Source: Squalus acanthias (taxonomy: Eukaryota). Taken from it: a stretch of DNA of 64,000 nt. The stretch is from assembly GCA_030390025.1 (NCBI GenBank), contig CM059432.1, positions 40,240,001-40,304,000 of the forward strand, in the 5' to 3' direction. Positions 12,628 through 24,255 of this stretch are shown piece after piece; position 1 is the stretch's first letter, and the number at the start of each line of letters is the position of its first letter. The notes beneath the pieces are model-generated. The model was not told where the DNA came from. It made no database searches and was given only the letters and a program-made list of their open reading frames with translations. The translations under genes were made by a program, and so were the position numbers.

Positions 12628-13742
12628 TCATTGGATTCGGAGTCTGATGAGGCGTTCATGGACAGCCCGTCCAGAAGGGGGAAATTAGCTGCCTACCTTC
12701 TCCCTGCCTCCTCGTCCTCTTCCTCTTCCTCTTCCTCCTCCTGCTCCTCGTCCTCCTCCTCCTGAGGTGGTCCTGCAATCTCTGGTGGCAAGGGCTGCGC
12801 CCTCATGATGGCCAAGTTGTGAAGCATGCAGCAGATCACCATGAAATGGGACACCCACTCTGACGAGTACTGGAGGGCTCCTCCCGAGCGGTCAAGGCAA
12901 TGGAACCATTGCTTGATGATGTTCCTGGTGGAAGCATGGCTCTCATGGGAGTGCTGTACATGAGTGGTGGGGTTGCGGAGGGTGTCATCAGCCAGGTGCA
13001 GAGTGGATAGCCCTTGTCTCCGAGCAGCCATCCTCAAGTTTAATGTGGCGGCTGAAAGATTGCTGGCACACTGGACTGACGCAGGATGAATGCATCATGG
13101 CTGCTGCCAGGATAGCAGGCATTGACCATCATGAAGTGCTGCGTGTGGCCGCACACCAACTGCACATTAAGTGAGTGGTAGCCTTTGCGGTTACGGAATA
13201 TCTCAGGATTGTTATACGGCGCCCTGCACCACGGGGAAGCCTGATATTCTGGCAAAGCCTCATGCACAATTGTCCTGCTTCTCTCTGCTCAGAGAGAAGA
13301 CAACATAGTCCCTTCTCCTGGTGCAGAGAGCCTCAGTGACCTCCCGGATGCAGCGATGGACGGCGAACTGGGAGATGTTAGCTATGTCTCCTGCTGCAGA
13401 CTGGAAGGATCTGCTGGTGAAGAAATTGAGGGCCACGGTGACCTTGACTGCCACTGGGAAAGCTGTGTTCGCCCTGCTCTCATTCTGCAGGTCTGGTTGC
13501 AGGTGGTGGCAGAGTTCTGTGACCATCTCCTTGGTGAAGCGTAGCCTCCTAATACACTGCTCCTCGCTTAAATGGATATAAGAGAAGTGCTCTCTGAAGA
13601 TCCTAGGTGGGTAAGGCCTCCTGTTGAGAGCTGTCCTGGGCCGCCTCCTCCTCTCTCTGCGTGCATCTTTTCGTCTTTGCTGCCTCCGCTCCCTCGCCCG
13701 AAGATACTCAAGTGCAAGAGGGACAGTCAGTAGAGCCTCCAT
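12628..13742 (-). pseudogene. Harbinger (HARBI1-like) DDE transposase, frameshifted
   Basis: ORFs 13260-13742, 13040-13267 and 12693-13037 give [51 protein letters not shown] and an acidic poly-E tail. Confidence 0.92.
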
Positions 13743-14640
13743 GACTGTGAGAAAGTGTTGTGAGCAGAAGCCTTTAAATAAGAATGAGGGCGTTCTCCAC
13801 TTGCAACATCACTCCCTGTTATGTTAGAATCTTGAAAGAAGGTAATAAAGCTACTGGAGTTGCAGAAAGTTGCACAGAGCCAGTCAAACTGCAGAAACAT
13901 GTCAGGTTCAAGTAGTTGCTGGTGAAATACCGCTGCTGGAGCCTCCTTCCTCCTTGTCAGCACTTGCTCAGCTTGTCGCACTTAAGGCATGCCAGTAAGT
14001 TGAACAGCGAACTACAAACTCACAGATCGGACGTCAAGTGAGCGTTGCATACTCACTGATGTCACGATCTGCATCATCTACATGATTTTAGCGATCGCTG
14101 ATATTGGCAGCGCTGCCGGCCATCCGAAAATGGTGGCCACCGCGGGATTCGCCAGCAGCTAACGGAAGAGCAGTGGCCGCCATTTTTTCACCCGAAACTG
14201 GTGGTGATAAACCCCCCAATTTCTAGGCCATTGTCTTTTTGTTGTTTATATTCCAGGCTAGATGGTGAAACTTAATTCAAAAATAATTGACAGTCATGCT
14301 GATAGCTCCTCCAATATATGGCTTCCTTTGCCACTAAAAATTACTTTGCAAAACACACTGCATATAAATTACATCTCCCTCACCAGAGATATTTTGCTGA
14401 AAAATTGGTAGTTGGTCATAGATAAACATAAAAATGATAACATGAAAAGAATCCATTTGGCCAAACTAGTTTGTTGGTGTTTATCTTTCATGCGAGCCAT
14501 AGACATAATCCCATGTGCCTCCTCTCTATCCATATCCCTTTATTCCCCTTTCCTTAAACCACCTATTTAACCTATCCTTTCTGAAATCTGTGTTGGCGGC
14601 TTCTAATTATTTCCTCTTCATCTGGATATTTAGTAATTTG

Positions 14641-16828
14641 GGGCTAAAAACTCGGGGGCTTAACATCACCCGTTACCGGCAAAAAATGGCGAAAAGAGGG
14701 TGGCCGCTGCTCTTTCACCAGCTGGTGGCAGGTCCCACGGCCTCCTCCATTTTCCTAGGCCCGGTAGCGCTGCCGTTAAGAAGTATCGCGCTGCAAAGAA
14801 AAATGGCGGAGTGATGACGTCAGTCGGTGTGCAACACCGACTTAACGTCACCACGGCAAACTTTGACCCTAGCACAGAGTTCAACGCTGGGTCCTAAGCA
14901 CGCCAGGTAAACCCAGCATGCAAGCAGACTCACAGAGGTGCTGTCAGCACCTCTTAAAGGGACACATATATCTTTCAGGTTAAGTTTGCAATTAAGCTTT
15001 TAGACTGGGCATTTTTGATTTTACTGAAGTAGTGGCTTGCTGCAATAGATGTTAAAAGTTTTTTAAGTGTGTAGGGAGTGCTGCTGGATGCTTGCAAGGC
15101 CTCCAATGGTAAAGGAAGGCCTCTGAGAAGACAGACAATGTTGCAAATACTCAGCAGGTCAGGCCACATCTGTGGCGAGAGAGACAGAGTTCACATCTCA
15201 AGTCAAGATGCTGCCTGACCTGCTGAGTATTTCCAGCATTTTATGCTGTCATTTCAGATTTACGGCATCTGCTTGCAGAGGGTAGAGGAGGTAACCGAAG
15301 GAAGGATGCAACCCAGACAACCCCTTTCTGGCCGGTATATCCGGGATGGAATCATCCACCTGCGGTCCCAGTGACCACAACCCCGATTTCCCTTTCAGCA
15401 TTAGTCCCACACCTTACCTTCCCTCTGTTACTGACCATCACAGAGTCCTCTTGGCCACAATGCTGAAATAAAAGCCACCACAAAGCAAACTTTCCAATCC
15501 AACTTTATACATCTATCCATCCAATATGACATCAAGAAATCAACTCATCGTCTTATGCATTCTCTTTGCGACTGTCTTGTGTGTGCCTTTGCCTATCCTA
15601 CTGATGTCACGCTGTGCTACCCCAGTGGCTGCAGCATGGCTGGTGGAAGGCTGCTGACTTTCAGTGGGGGACACTTGTAAATGGCCTTGCTGGTCGACCT
15701 TGAGGAGCTAGTGGCTGGGAGTATCAAATCAAGTGACGGTGTTTCTGCTTCGTCTTCTTCCCTCTCCTCTCCCTCTTCTTGGTGAACCACTGGCTGGGCA
15801 GGCTGCATTTCTTGGGTGTGTGAAATGAGGAAGGCACAAGGGTGGAGTTGTAGTGAGGGGGAGGTGGGAAAGCAAGAGGTGCATGCCAGAAGGAGGATAA
15901 CGTAGGAGGATACCAGCATCTTGTATCCATTCTGCCCCGCCGCTGTCCAAGGGCTCAGCCATGCCCCTGCCAAGAATGGTCTGCACCGTCTCCTCCAAGG
16001 GGGTGAGGTGAGGCTAGGAATGGGAGACGTGCCTCATGCTTGGTTCAGATTGTTGGTAGGTGAGTGATTGAGGGGGGAGTCATGAATTGAGCAGCGTGTA
16101 AGGCTAGTGATTCAGTTGGTAGGAGACAGCTTTTGAAGTTGCATTCACTGACCTCGACCAGTGGTCTGAGGACATGAAGCTTCTTTGGGCACTGGAGCCA
16201 GGTGGTGGGGGCGACACTGTTGGCAGTGACGGCCTCGGTGATGCAGTCGCGCAGCATTCTTTCTGGAGGGCCTGCGGGTAGAGGACCTCTCTTGCTGTGC
16301 TGACCCCCTGCACAAAGCTGGAGTGCTGCGTTTAAGACCCTGGGTGCCCCTTCCCTGGCTTGCTGAGCCATTTTTGTTAGTGCTGAAGCACTTTTCCCAT
16401 TTTTTGAGGTTTGGAAGGGAATTCAGCTTTAAGTGCTGAAGACTCCCATTTGGGACTTCTTTTTAATGTTAATTTTTTTTTAAGGCAGTAAGGGCTGATA
16501 ACTGCATTTTTTCACTTCATTTTAACATTTATTAGTTCTGAACGCATTGCCCCTTTTATTCGTAGCCCTTTTAATTGCTCACAATCCTTGCGAACTCCAC
16601 AGCCTCGCTCCCAGAGGCTGTTAGAAGCTGGAACGCCACTTCAGGACGGGAACTTCGAGTTCCACACCTGCGCTAATGCCACCAGAGGGTGTTACACAGT
16701 AAGTTAGCACTGGGCTAAAAATCTTTAGCCCCCCGCGCGAATTTTTCTTGGGTAGCGCTGCGCCCATTTTTAGCGGCCAATAATCCAAGTTGCCGGTAAC
16801 TCTCGTGGCGGCCACAAATGATTCCCCC
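14641..16828. mobile_element. Harbinger copy C (internally deleted, divergent subfamily; Myb remnant on - from 16371)
   Basis: Starts with TIR-like GGGCTAAAAACT; subterminal hairpin at 14811-14854; ORF 16045-16371 MAQQAREGAPR...TWLQCPKK resembles the Myb exon; right boundary uncertain. Confidence 0.65.
15125..15272. repeat. Short inverted-repeat element (Penelope-derived type) inside copy C
   Basis: AAATACTCAGCAGGTCAGGC ... GCCTGACCTGCTGAGTATTT inverted arms; a related remnant lies at ~17375-17440. Confidence 0.55.
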
Positions 16829-18438
16829 TTCATCTTTAAAGCTCAAAATGTTTTACTACCACAGTTGTTAAACTAATTGGCCTGTAATTAGCTCTGTCTC
16901 CCTTTTTTAAAATGGACAATATATCACTGCTTTGCAGTGCTTCCTACACCTTTGGAAGGGAAGTAATTGCAAGGCACAGATGTGTCATCTGATGGCTATA
17001 TTGAGCATGATTGACTTACCAGTACTATCTACTGGTTTATCTTGCAAAGTATTTATTTTAACTGGCAAAGAGGGAATCAAGCACAGGGGACTTGGCAGAC
17101 TTGTTGACAAATAGCCTTGACCAGTAATGTTAGGTTTAAATACATTTATTTAAACACAATAGGGTTGCACTTGCTATCAGCTATATTATCATATAAAGGC
17201 TTAACATGTTTGTACCAGATTCCTGTCTCCACAGTTTTCAAGGAGACATTAATCTGTTTATTTCAAATTTGGTACAAGGGCGTTCGACATTCATATAAGT
17301 TTGCCAACGGTCATTTCTACCCTATTTTATTTGGTTACTTGCCTATGGCTAAACTGAGAACGGTGAATAAACCAGACAAAAATAGAAAATGCTGGAAATA
17401 TGCAGCAGCTCAGTCAGCAAGACAGGTTACAACATTTCAACAAGTTGAAATCATGTGTTATGGGTTTTCCTCCCATGTTGTTTCTCTACTTCTGACTCTT
17501 ATACAGTCCTAGGCCAGGCTCCCACCAGTACCTCATCCATTCCTTGTGCGTAAATTCAGACAGTGAGTGTCAGCAGATCATTTGACTTTGGAGGGCATCA
17601 CCTGACCATTTTCCACACGTGTACTTTCCAGCATAAGCCACTGGATAGGGATCAGAAGCAGGAACACTGATGATTTTTTTTCCCCCTCTTCTCTTCCTAG
17701 ATCAGGAACTGAGGATGAGAACAAGCATGTGGCTGCCTTTGCTGCTTCCTCCTGTCCACGTCACCCACCCACTCTACCCTTGAACCTTTGTTTTCTGCAG
17801 TTTCTCCCCATTTCTAAGCTCCTATTGTCCATGAAAGCCACCACCTGCTCCCTGATCCCCTCCCCACATAACTCTTACTCAATTCCCCCTCCTGGCTCCC
17901 TCTTGGAGCATTAAAGCTCAATTTCCCGGGACCAGAAAATGATTATCGCCTGGCGATACTTTTCCGAGATTTCAAAAGTTAGCGCCCCGTTTAATGTTAT
18001 AACTTCATTTCAGATCTTCAAAGTGGCTGAAAAAGCACTGTACATGCCAGAGATTGGGACACTGGATATCTGGTGTGTACAGATGGGCCGAGCACTGAGA
18101 TTGTGATCAAAAAGATGAGAAGTGGTACTAGTGCAGTAAACATTTATATTGCTTCAGAGGCATGGGGAGGAGGTGGGGAGGGGCAAGAGTTCATGTGTGC
18201 CTTGGTGCCTGTGGTGGCAACAGCACCTCCTAATTCTTAAACTTGGGGCTGCCACCAGCATTAGCACTTTAAATGCCACAGTAAATAGTTAATTTTTGTG
18301 TTTATCAAATAGTTGGTTTAAAATGGTACCTGAAATTGATAGAAAAGTCTGCATTAAATTTGATTTTGCGTAATGAGCTAGCTTGATAACTCAAGATGAA
18401 TACAGGTTATATAATTGATATTTTGCTTCTCATTCTAG

Positions 18439-18688
18439 AACTGAAACCCCTAACCGGGTAGGCCACCATATTCGCTGCTATGCAGCTGCTCTAGCCGCCC
18501 ACACCAGTTTCGTGGAACAAGCCAATCAGCTTCGTCATGTTAGACGTGGAAAAGAGCATGGCGCAAAGCACCTCATAAACCGCAACAACATTCGCCGCCA
18601 AAACCTTACTAGGGAGTGCAACTCTCGACAAACTAAGCACAATGGATACGTTCTACACCAACCTTGCCAGCGCCAGTATAATTATTAA
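18439..18688 (+). CDS. TP53INP1: TP53INP1 terminal coding exon
   Basis: Acceptor cattctag; encodes TETPNRVGHHIRCYAAALAAHTSFVEQ...NRNNIRRQNLTREC...HQPCQRQYNY-TAA, matching the TP53INP1 C-terminus. Not in the ORF track because it lacks an ATG. Confidence 0.96.
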
Positions 18689-21185
18689 TTGTCATTGCAA
18701 TTTTAACTTTTTAAACAATGTTGTTGTATGTAACTTTTTTTAGGGCTCCATATTTAACAAAATTAGGAATCATTAATCATATTGAATAAGTATTTTAGGG
18801 TTTCTATTCTAGTTTCTGGGTGCTTTAAAATCTTAAACTCAGTATCACCAAATGCCTTGTCCTGATTGATAGGATTTTACTCTAAAATCTAGAAATTTCC
18901 TTGCAATCTTTTTAATATATAGGGTTTGCTTGTTAAGTTTTCCATCTCAGTATGAAGATCCATTTTGTCTGTGCATGTATGTTTGTGTATGTGCGCGCGC
19001 ATGTGCAAAATTCAGCTGTGTTACAAAAAATGTATGCTGTCAACATGATCATTAACAAATATTGCCTGGGAGATGGAAAGCCTCTTTCAGCTGTGATTTG
19101 TTGTGTGAAGTGAAACTCATCTTATTTCAAAACACAGATTCTCAGGGACAATATAGTGTATAATTTTTCTAAACATCTGTATGTGACAGCAAGGAAGCCC
19201 TATGTAAATGCATATTTCATTTTTAAAAAATGGGCCTTTTTGGATTGGTGGCGATTATATATCATTATGATTGCTACAGGATATTTGTAAATAGTCAAAC
19301 TTTGAAGCTACATGCGTGACTTCCCTCTAGGTAGCAATTTGAATATGTCTAAAATTATGTTTCTAGGTTATCCATTTTTTCCCCTTTCTAAATGTGCTGT
19401 ATTTTTGAGATGTTTTGATGTTGGATGATACCTCGGTGCTGTGCATTATGAAGGATTGCTTTTGTTTACTTTTTTCCCTTTACTACACTATGTTGGCTGT
19501 GATGTTTATCACAGAATAGTGAACCTGCTTTAGTTATAAAACGCTTCTATTTAATTCTACATTTCTGTCCCATTTTCCAAAGATGTTCCTGTGAAATTTA
19601 ATCTTGTTTGGAGAAATGTGACTGTTGAGCAAGTGTGGATTCTGATAGTCGCCGAGGCATCATTTTCCCCAATTCAGACTTTTTTCTTAAATTGACTTCT
19701 AACTGCTGCTGCACGTGCAAAATAAGAAAAAATATCTGTATATTGTTCCATACTTAGTAAAGCTTTTGTCCAGCAAGATTTTACTTTGTAGAAGCACCTT
19801 AAAGAAATAGATTGGAAAATAGGAATAAATAACTGCATTTCAGTTAAGTAAACGTTTAGATTTTGCATCCAGTAAGAAAAACCCAATGTTGTATCACAGT
19901 AAATATCATGGAATCTTCAATGTATTAGAAAATTATCTAACCCTGCCTCAGGATTTCTTTTTAAATTTGCAAATACATTGTCATACATCACTGTTTTCAC
20001 AACATACAGAGGAAAATTTCAAGACAATGCTGTCTGGCAAATCCTGTAAAAGGCCTCATTAATGCCTCTTAGGTTGTCTAGGAAACTGCGAGTTGATAAC
20101 CAAGTCCATCTCTGAAAGTGCTTTATAAAACTGCATTAAATTGGTGAAGAAAATCTGATTATATATTTTTCTTCGCATGGTTATTTTGTTAGATATTTAT
20201 CACTGAAAGCATTGTGGTAAAATCTAATTCGATCTTTGTTCTTGGTGAAATGCTTGCAGATGTTTTAGGCTGTATGGAAAACTGATAGTGGCTGAGTGTG
20301 ATTGGACATTAAGGTTAACATGTATCCTAACCAAATTGTTGTTGACTGTATTTGATGTTGTACAGATTGATTACATTTGACTGACTTAATGTGTTTATGT
20401 AAAATCTTCTTTGTATATTGTTGCATTAGGAGTTGATTATGTTGGTGATGATGAGATTAAAACAACGGAGAAAACCTTCTTGAAAGTTTGAACAAAGCTT
20501 GTACATGTTGCTGTAAGAAAGTGTATGTTACATATAAAAATACTAAGCTGTAGCTTAGATTGCTGAATATTTCATACAGGGATTCATGTTTGGTTTTGTT
20601 AATTATGTGCCTTCCAGTGTAAATTCAGTATGTGAAAACATTGTTTTGTGTTACATATGAAGAATTTGAAGATATGAAAGAGCCAGATGTAAATATAACA
20701 AACCAACCCAACTATGCACAGAAGACAGCTTGTTTGTGGAGTTACTTTGTACAGTTTTATATTCAGTTATACCAGATAATGGACAAGAAAAAGCCTGGAG
20801 ATGTTTTAACTCATTTTGGGACTTTATGGTCACTCAGCTGACCGGCATCATAATCCAATTTACAGAATGAATACAGCACTTTGCCAAATAAGTGTGTCAA
20901 CTTTATAGACTTGTAGAATTAGTGATATCATTTTATTTACTAATTTAGGATCTAGGTATTTATTAGTGAATCCAAAAGGTTAACTAGTGCAGTTTGCACT
21001 ATGTGAAATTGTGTTTCTTTTTCAAAATGACATTTTAAAAAGGATATTTTAAAACTAGTTATCTGTCCTTTCACATAGCTGGAATGTGCTTTTTGTTTTA
21101 AGTTCCAATAATTGGTTATTGATTTCTTGTATTGACTGTGGAAATGTTTAATTTGTCAATAAATGTAATAATTTGAGTTTGAGTA
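18689..21185 (+). other. TP53INP1: TP53INP1 long AU-rich 3'UTR with poly(A) signal AATAAA at 21158-21163
   Basis: Apparently TE-free AU/GU-rich stretch after the stop, ending in AATAAA followed by a GT/T-rich tract; TE sequence resumes right after. Confidence 0.7.
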
Positions 21186-21239
21186 TTGTCACTTTTTTTA
21201 ATAGGAGAAACACTGAAGGGCAGAAAAAACAAAAACTGT

Positions 21240-21970
21240 ACGAACAAGAGATCACAGTGAGATCCATATGACACTACTCTGTCTCAGTATGATTGCGAAG
21301 AGGATGCAGAACATTTTGAGGGGGAAGGGGAACAGCCAGAAGTCATGGTCCATGTGGGAACCAATGACCTAGGAAGGAAAAGGGTTGAGGTTCCGTAGTC
21401 AGAGTTTCAGGAGCTTGGGAGGAAGTTAAATAGCAGCACCTGAAAGCTAGTATTCTCTGGAATATTGACATTCGCTAGTGAGTAATAGGAACAGTAGGAT
21501 AAGACAGGTTAATGCGTGGCTGGAGAAATGGTGCAGGAGGGAGGGCTTCAGATTCCTGGCACATTGGGACAAGTTCTGGAGCAGGAGGGACCTGTTCAAG
21601 GTGGACAGCTTGCACCTTTTCAGAGCTGGGACCAATGTCCCTGTGGGAAGGTTAATTAGTGCTGTGGGGGAGGATTTAAATTAATTTGACAGTGGGATGG
21701 GCTCCAGGATGAAACATTAGAGAGGAGAAACAAAGTGCACAGAGGACTGGGGGTGACAAATAGTACTAGAGTAAATAATAGTTCAGAAATAGGAGGGATC
21801 AGACAGAAAAAATGCATGGTAGTGCAAGATGGGTATAGAGTGCACGTGGGTAAATGCACGTAGCATGGTAAATAAGGTTGGTGAGCTGCAGGCACAAGTC
21901 ACCACATGGGACTATGATATAATGGCAATAAAAGAGACCTGGCTCAAAGAAGGGGAGGATTGGGAATGTA
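21240..21970 (+). mobile_element. CR1 LINE fragment: ORF1 esterase (SGNH-like) region and start of ORF2 endonuclease
   Basis: VMVHVGTNDL and NAWLEKWCRREGFRFL..W......LF..D.LHL motifs, then VNARSM.NK. Confidence 0.75.
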
Positions 21971-21974
21971 ATTT

Positions 21975-23330
21975 TTAAAATATTCCTGGGATGTGGGTGG
22001 TGCTGGTAAGGCCAGCATTTATTGCCCATCCCTAATTGTCCTTGAGAAGGTGGTGGTGAGATGCCTTCTTGAACTGCTGCAGTCTGTGTGGTGAAGGTGC
22101 TCCCACAGTGCTGTTAGGTAGGGAGTTCCAGAATTTTGACCCAGCGACGATGAAGGAACGACGATATACTTCCAAGTCAGGATGGTGTGTGACTTGGAGG
22201 GGAACTTGGAGGTGGTGGTGTTCCCATGCGCCTGCTGCCCTTGTCCTTCTAGGTGGAAGAGGTCGCGGGTTTGGGAGGTGCTGCCGAAGAAGTCTTGGCG
22301 AGTTGCTGCAGTGCATCTTGTCAATGGTACACACTGCAGCCACGGTACGCCGGTGGTGGAGGGAGTGAATGTTTAAGGTGGTGGATGGGGTGCCAATCAA
22401 CCGGGCTGCTTTGTTCTGGATGGTGTCGAGCTTCTTGAGTGTTGTTGGAGCTGCACTCATCCAGGCAAGTGGAGAATATTCCATCACACTCCTTACTTGT
22501 GCCTTGTAGATGGTGGAAAGGCTTTGGGGAGTCAGGAGGTGAGACACTCGCCGCAGAATACCTAGCCTCCGACCTGCTCTTGTTGCCACAGTATTTATGT
22601 GGCTGGCCCAGTTAGGTTTCTGGTCAATGGTGACCATCAGGATGTTGATGGTGGGGGATTCGGCGATGGTAATGCCGTTGAATGTCAAGGGGCGGTGGTT
22701 AGACTCTCGCTTGTTGGAGATAGTTATTGCCTGGCACTTGTGTGGCATGAATGTTAACTGCCACTTATCAGCCCAAGCCTGAATGTCGTTCAGGTCTTGT
22801 TGCATGCGGGCATGGACTGCGTCATTATCTGAGGAGTTGTGAATTGCACTGAACACTGTGCAGTCATCAGCAAACATCCCCATTTCTGACCTTATGTTGG
22901 AGGGAAGGTCATTGATGAAGCAGCTGAAGATGGTTGGGCCTAGGACACTGCCCTGAGGAACTCCTGCAGCAATGTCCTGGGGCTGTGATGATTGACCTCT
23001 AACCACCACAACCATCTTCCTTTGTGCTAGGTATGACTCCAGCCAGTGGGGAGTTTTCCCCCCAATTCCCATTTACTTCAATTTTACTAGGGTTCCTTGA
23101 TGCCACACTTGGTCAAATGCTGCCTTGATGTCAAGGGCAGTCACTCCCACCTCACCTCTGGAATTCAGCTGTTTTGTCCATGTTTGGACCAAGGCTGTAA
23201 TGAGATCTGGAGCTGAGTGGTCCTGCTGGAACCCAAACTGAGCATTGGTGAGCAGGTTATTGGTGAGTAAGTGCCACTTGATAGCTCTGTCGATGACACC
23301 TTCCATCATTTTGCAGATGATTGCAAGTAG
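21975..23330 (-). mobile_element. Non-LTR retrotransposon (CR1-group, clade unresolved): RT and 3' end
   Basis: ALDIKAAFD.VWH, GVPQGSVLGP, FADD motifs (ORFs 23073-23384 and 22032-23072); same family as 49400-53829. Confidence 0.9.
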
Positions 23331-23840
23331 GCTAGTATCAGACCATGAAACTATCGGATTGTCGTAAAAACCCATCTGGTTCACTAATGTCCTTTATGGA
23401 AGGAAATCTGCCATCCTGGTCTGGCCTATATGTGACTCCAGACCCACAGCAATGTGGTTGACTCTTAATTGCCCTCTGAAATGCCCTATCAAGCCATTCA
23501 GTTGTAACAAACCGCTATGAAACACAATAATAATAAAACCGGATGAACCATTCGGCACCGGCACCAGCTACGGACACGACAACAGCACACGCAGCCCAGT
23601 CGACATCGGGGGACTTGTGCCAAAATTGGGAGAGCTGTCCCACAACAGCCTGACATAGTCATACCTTTCAGCCAATGTCCCAAACGCCTCCATCACCATC
23701 CCTGGGTATGTCCTGTCCCACCGGCACAGTGGTATACAGTTGGGAAGGAGTGGCCACCTGATTACCACCTACCGCCCTCCCTCAGTTGATGAATCAGTAC
23801 TCTTCTTGAACACCACTTGGAAGAAGCACTGAGAGTAGCA
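23331..23840 (+). mobile_element. 5' region and endonuclease start of the same LINE family, opposite orientation
   Basis: Collinear with 55763-56370 and 49405-49660 (IPGYVLSHR, TTYRPPS.DES, EHHLEEALRVA). Confidence 0.8.
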
Positions 23841-24255
23841 AAATGGAATTGGATAAATATTTGCAGAGAAAAAATTTACAGGGCTATGGGAAAAGAGCAG
23901 TCTTAAACGGAGTTCTTCTAAACAGAGTGTTAAAGTTGCGAATTTGGAGAGAGTGGGAGTCTCTGGTAAGTACTAGCTTTAAAAAGTGAAATTTAGTTTA
24001 ACACTTGGAATTTAAATTAGAACTTTAAAACTTTAAGTGGCAGTTAACTGTCAATCAGCTTTATCTTGAATACTGTGAGCAGAAAGCAGAGTCAACACTT
24101 GTAACTTGGGTGTGGCTCCAAGGTGCATAAAAGTGCACAGTATCTACTTACGAACAGAGTGGTCATAAACGGAATGCTTCTAAACAAAGTGTTAAAGTTG
24201 GGAATTTGGAGAGAGTGGAAATCGGAACAAAGGGGAAGGAGGTGTTGCTTTTTGC

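Larger units (their letters stand above)
10228..14229. mobile_element. PIF/Harbinger copy B, full length (~4.0 kb), both TIRs
   Basis: TIRs GGCCTAGAGATTGG (10228-10241) and CCAATTTCTAGGCC (14216-14229), 13/14; contains convergent Myb/SANT and transposase genes; flanks TTT/ATT. Confidence 0.92.

Noticed and set aside
12628..13742. Domesticated HARBI1 or NAIF1/MSANTD host genes
   Set aside because: Multiple copies with TIRs, stops and frameshifts; these are transposon copies.
23905..24225. Two ~55-bp direct repeats as a CRISPR-like or regulatory array
   Set aside because: Only two units about 260 bp apart, in eukaryotic TE context; more likely a retroelement 5'UTR remnant.
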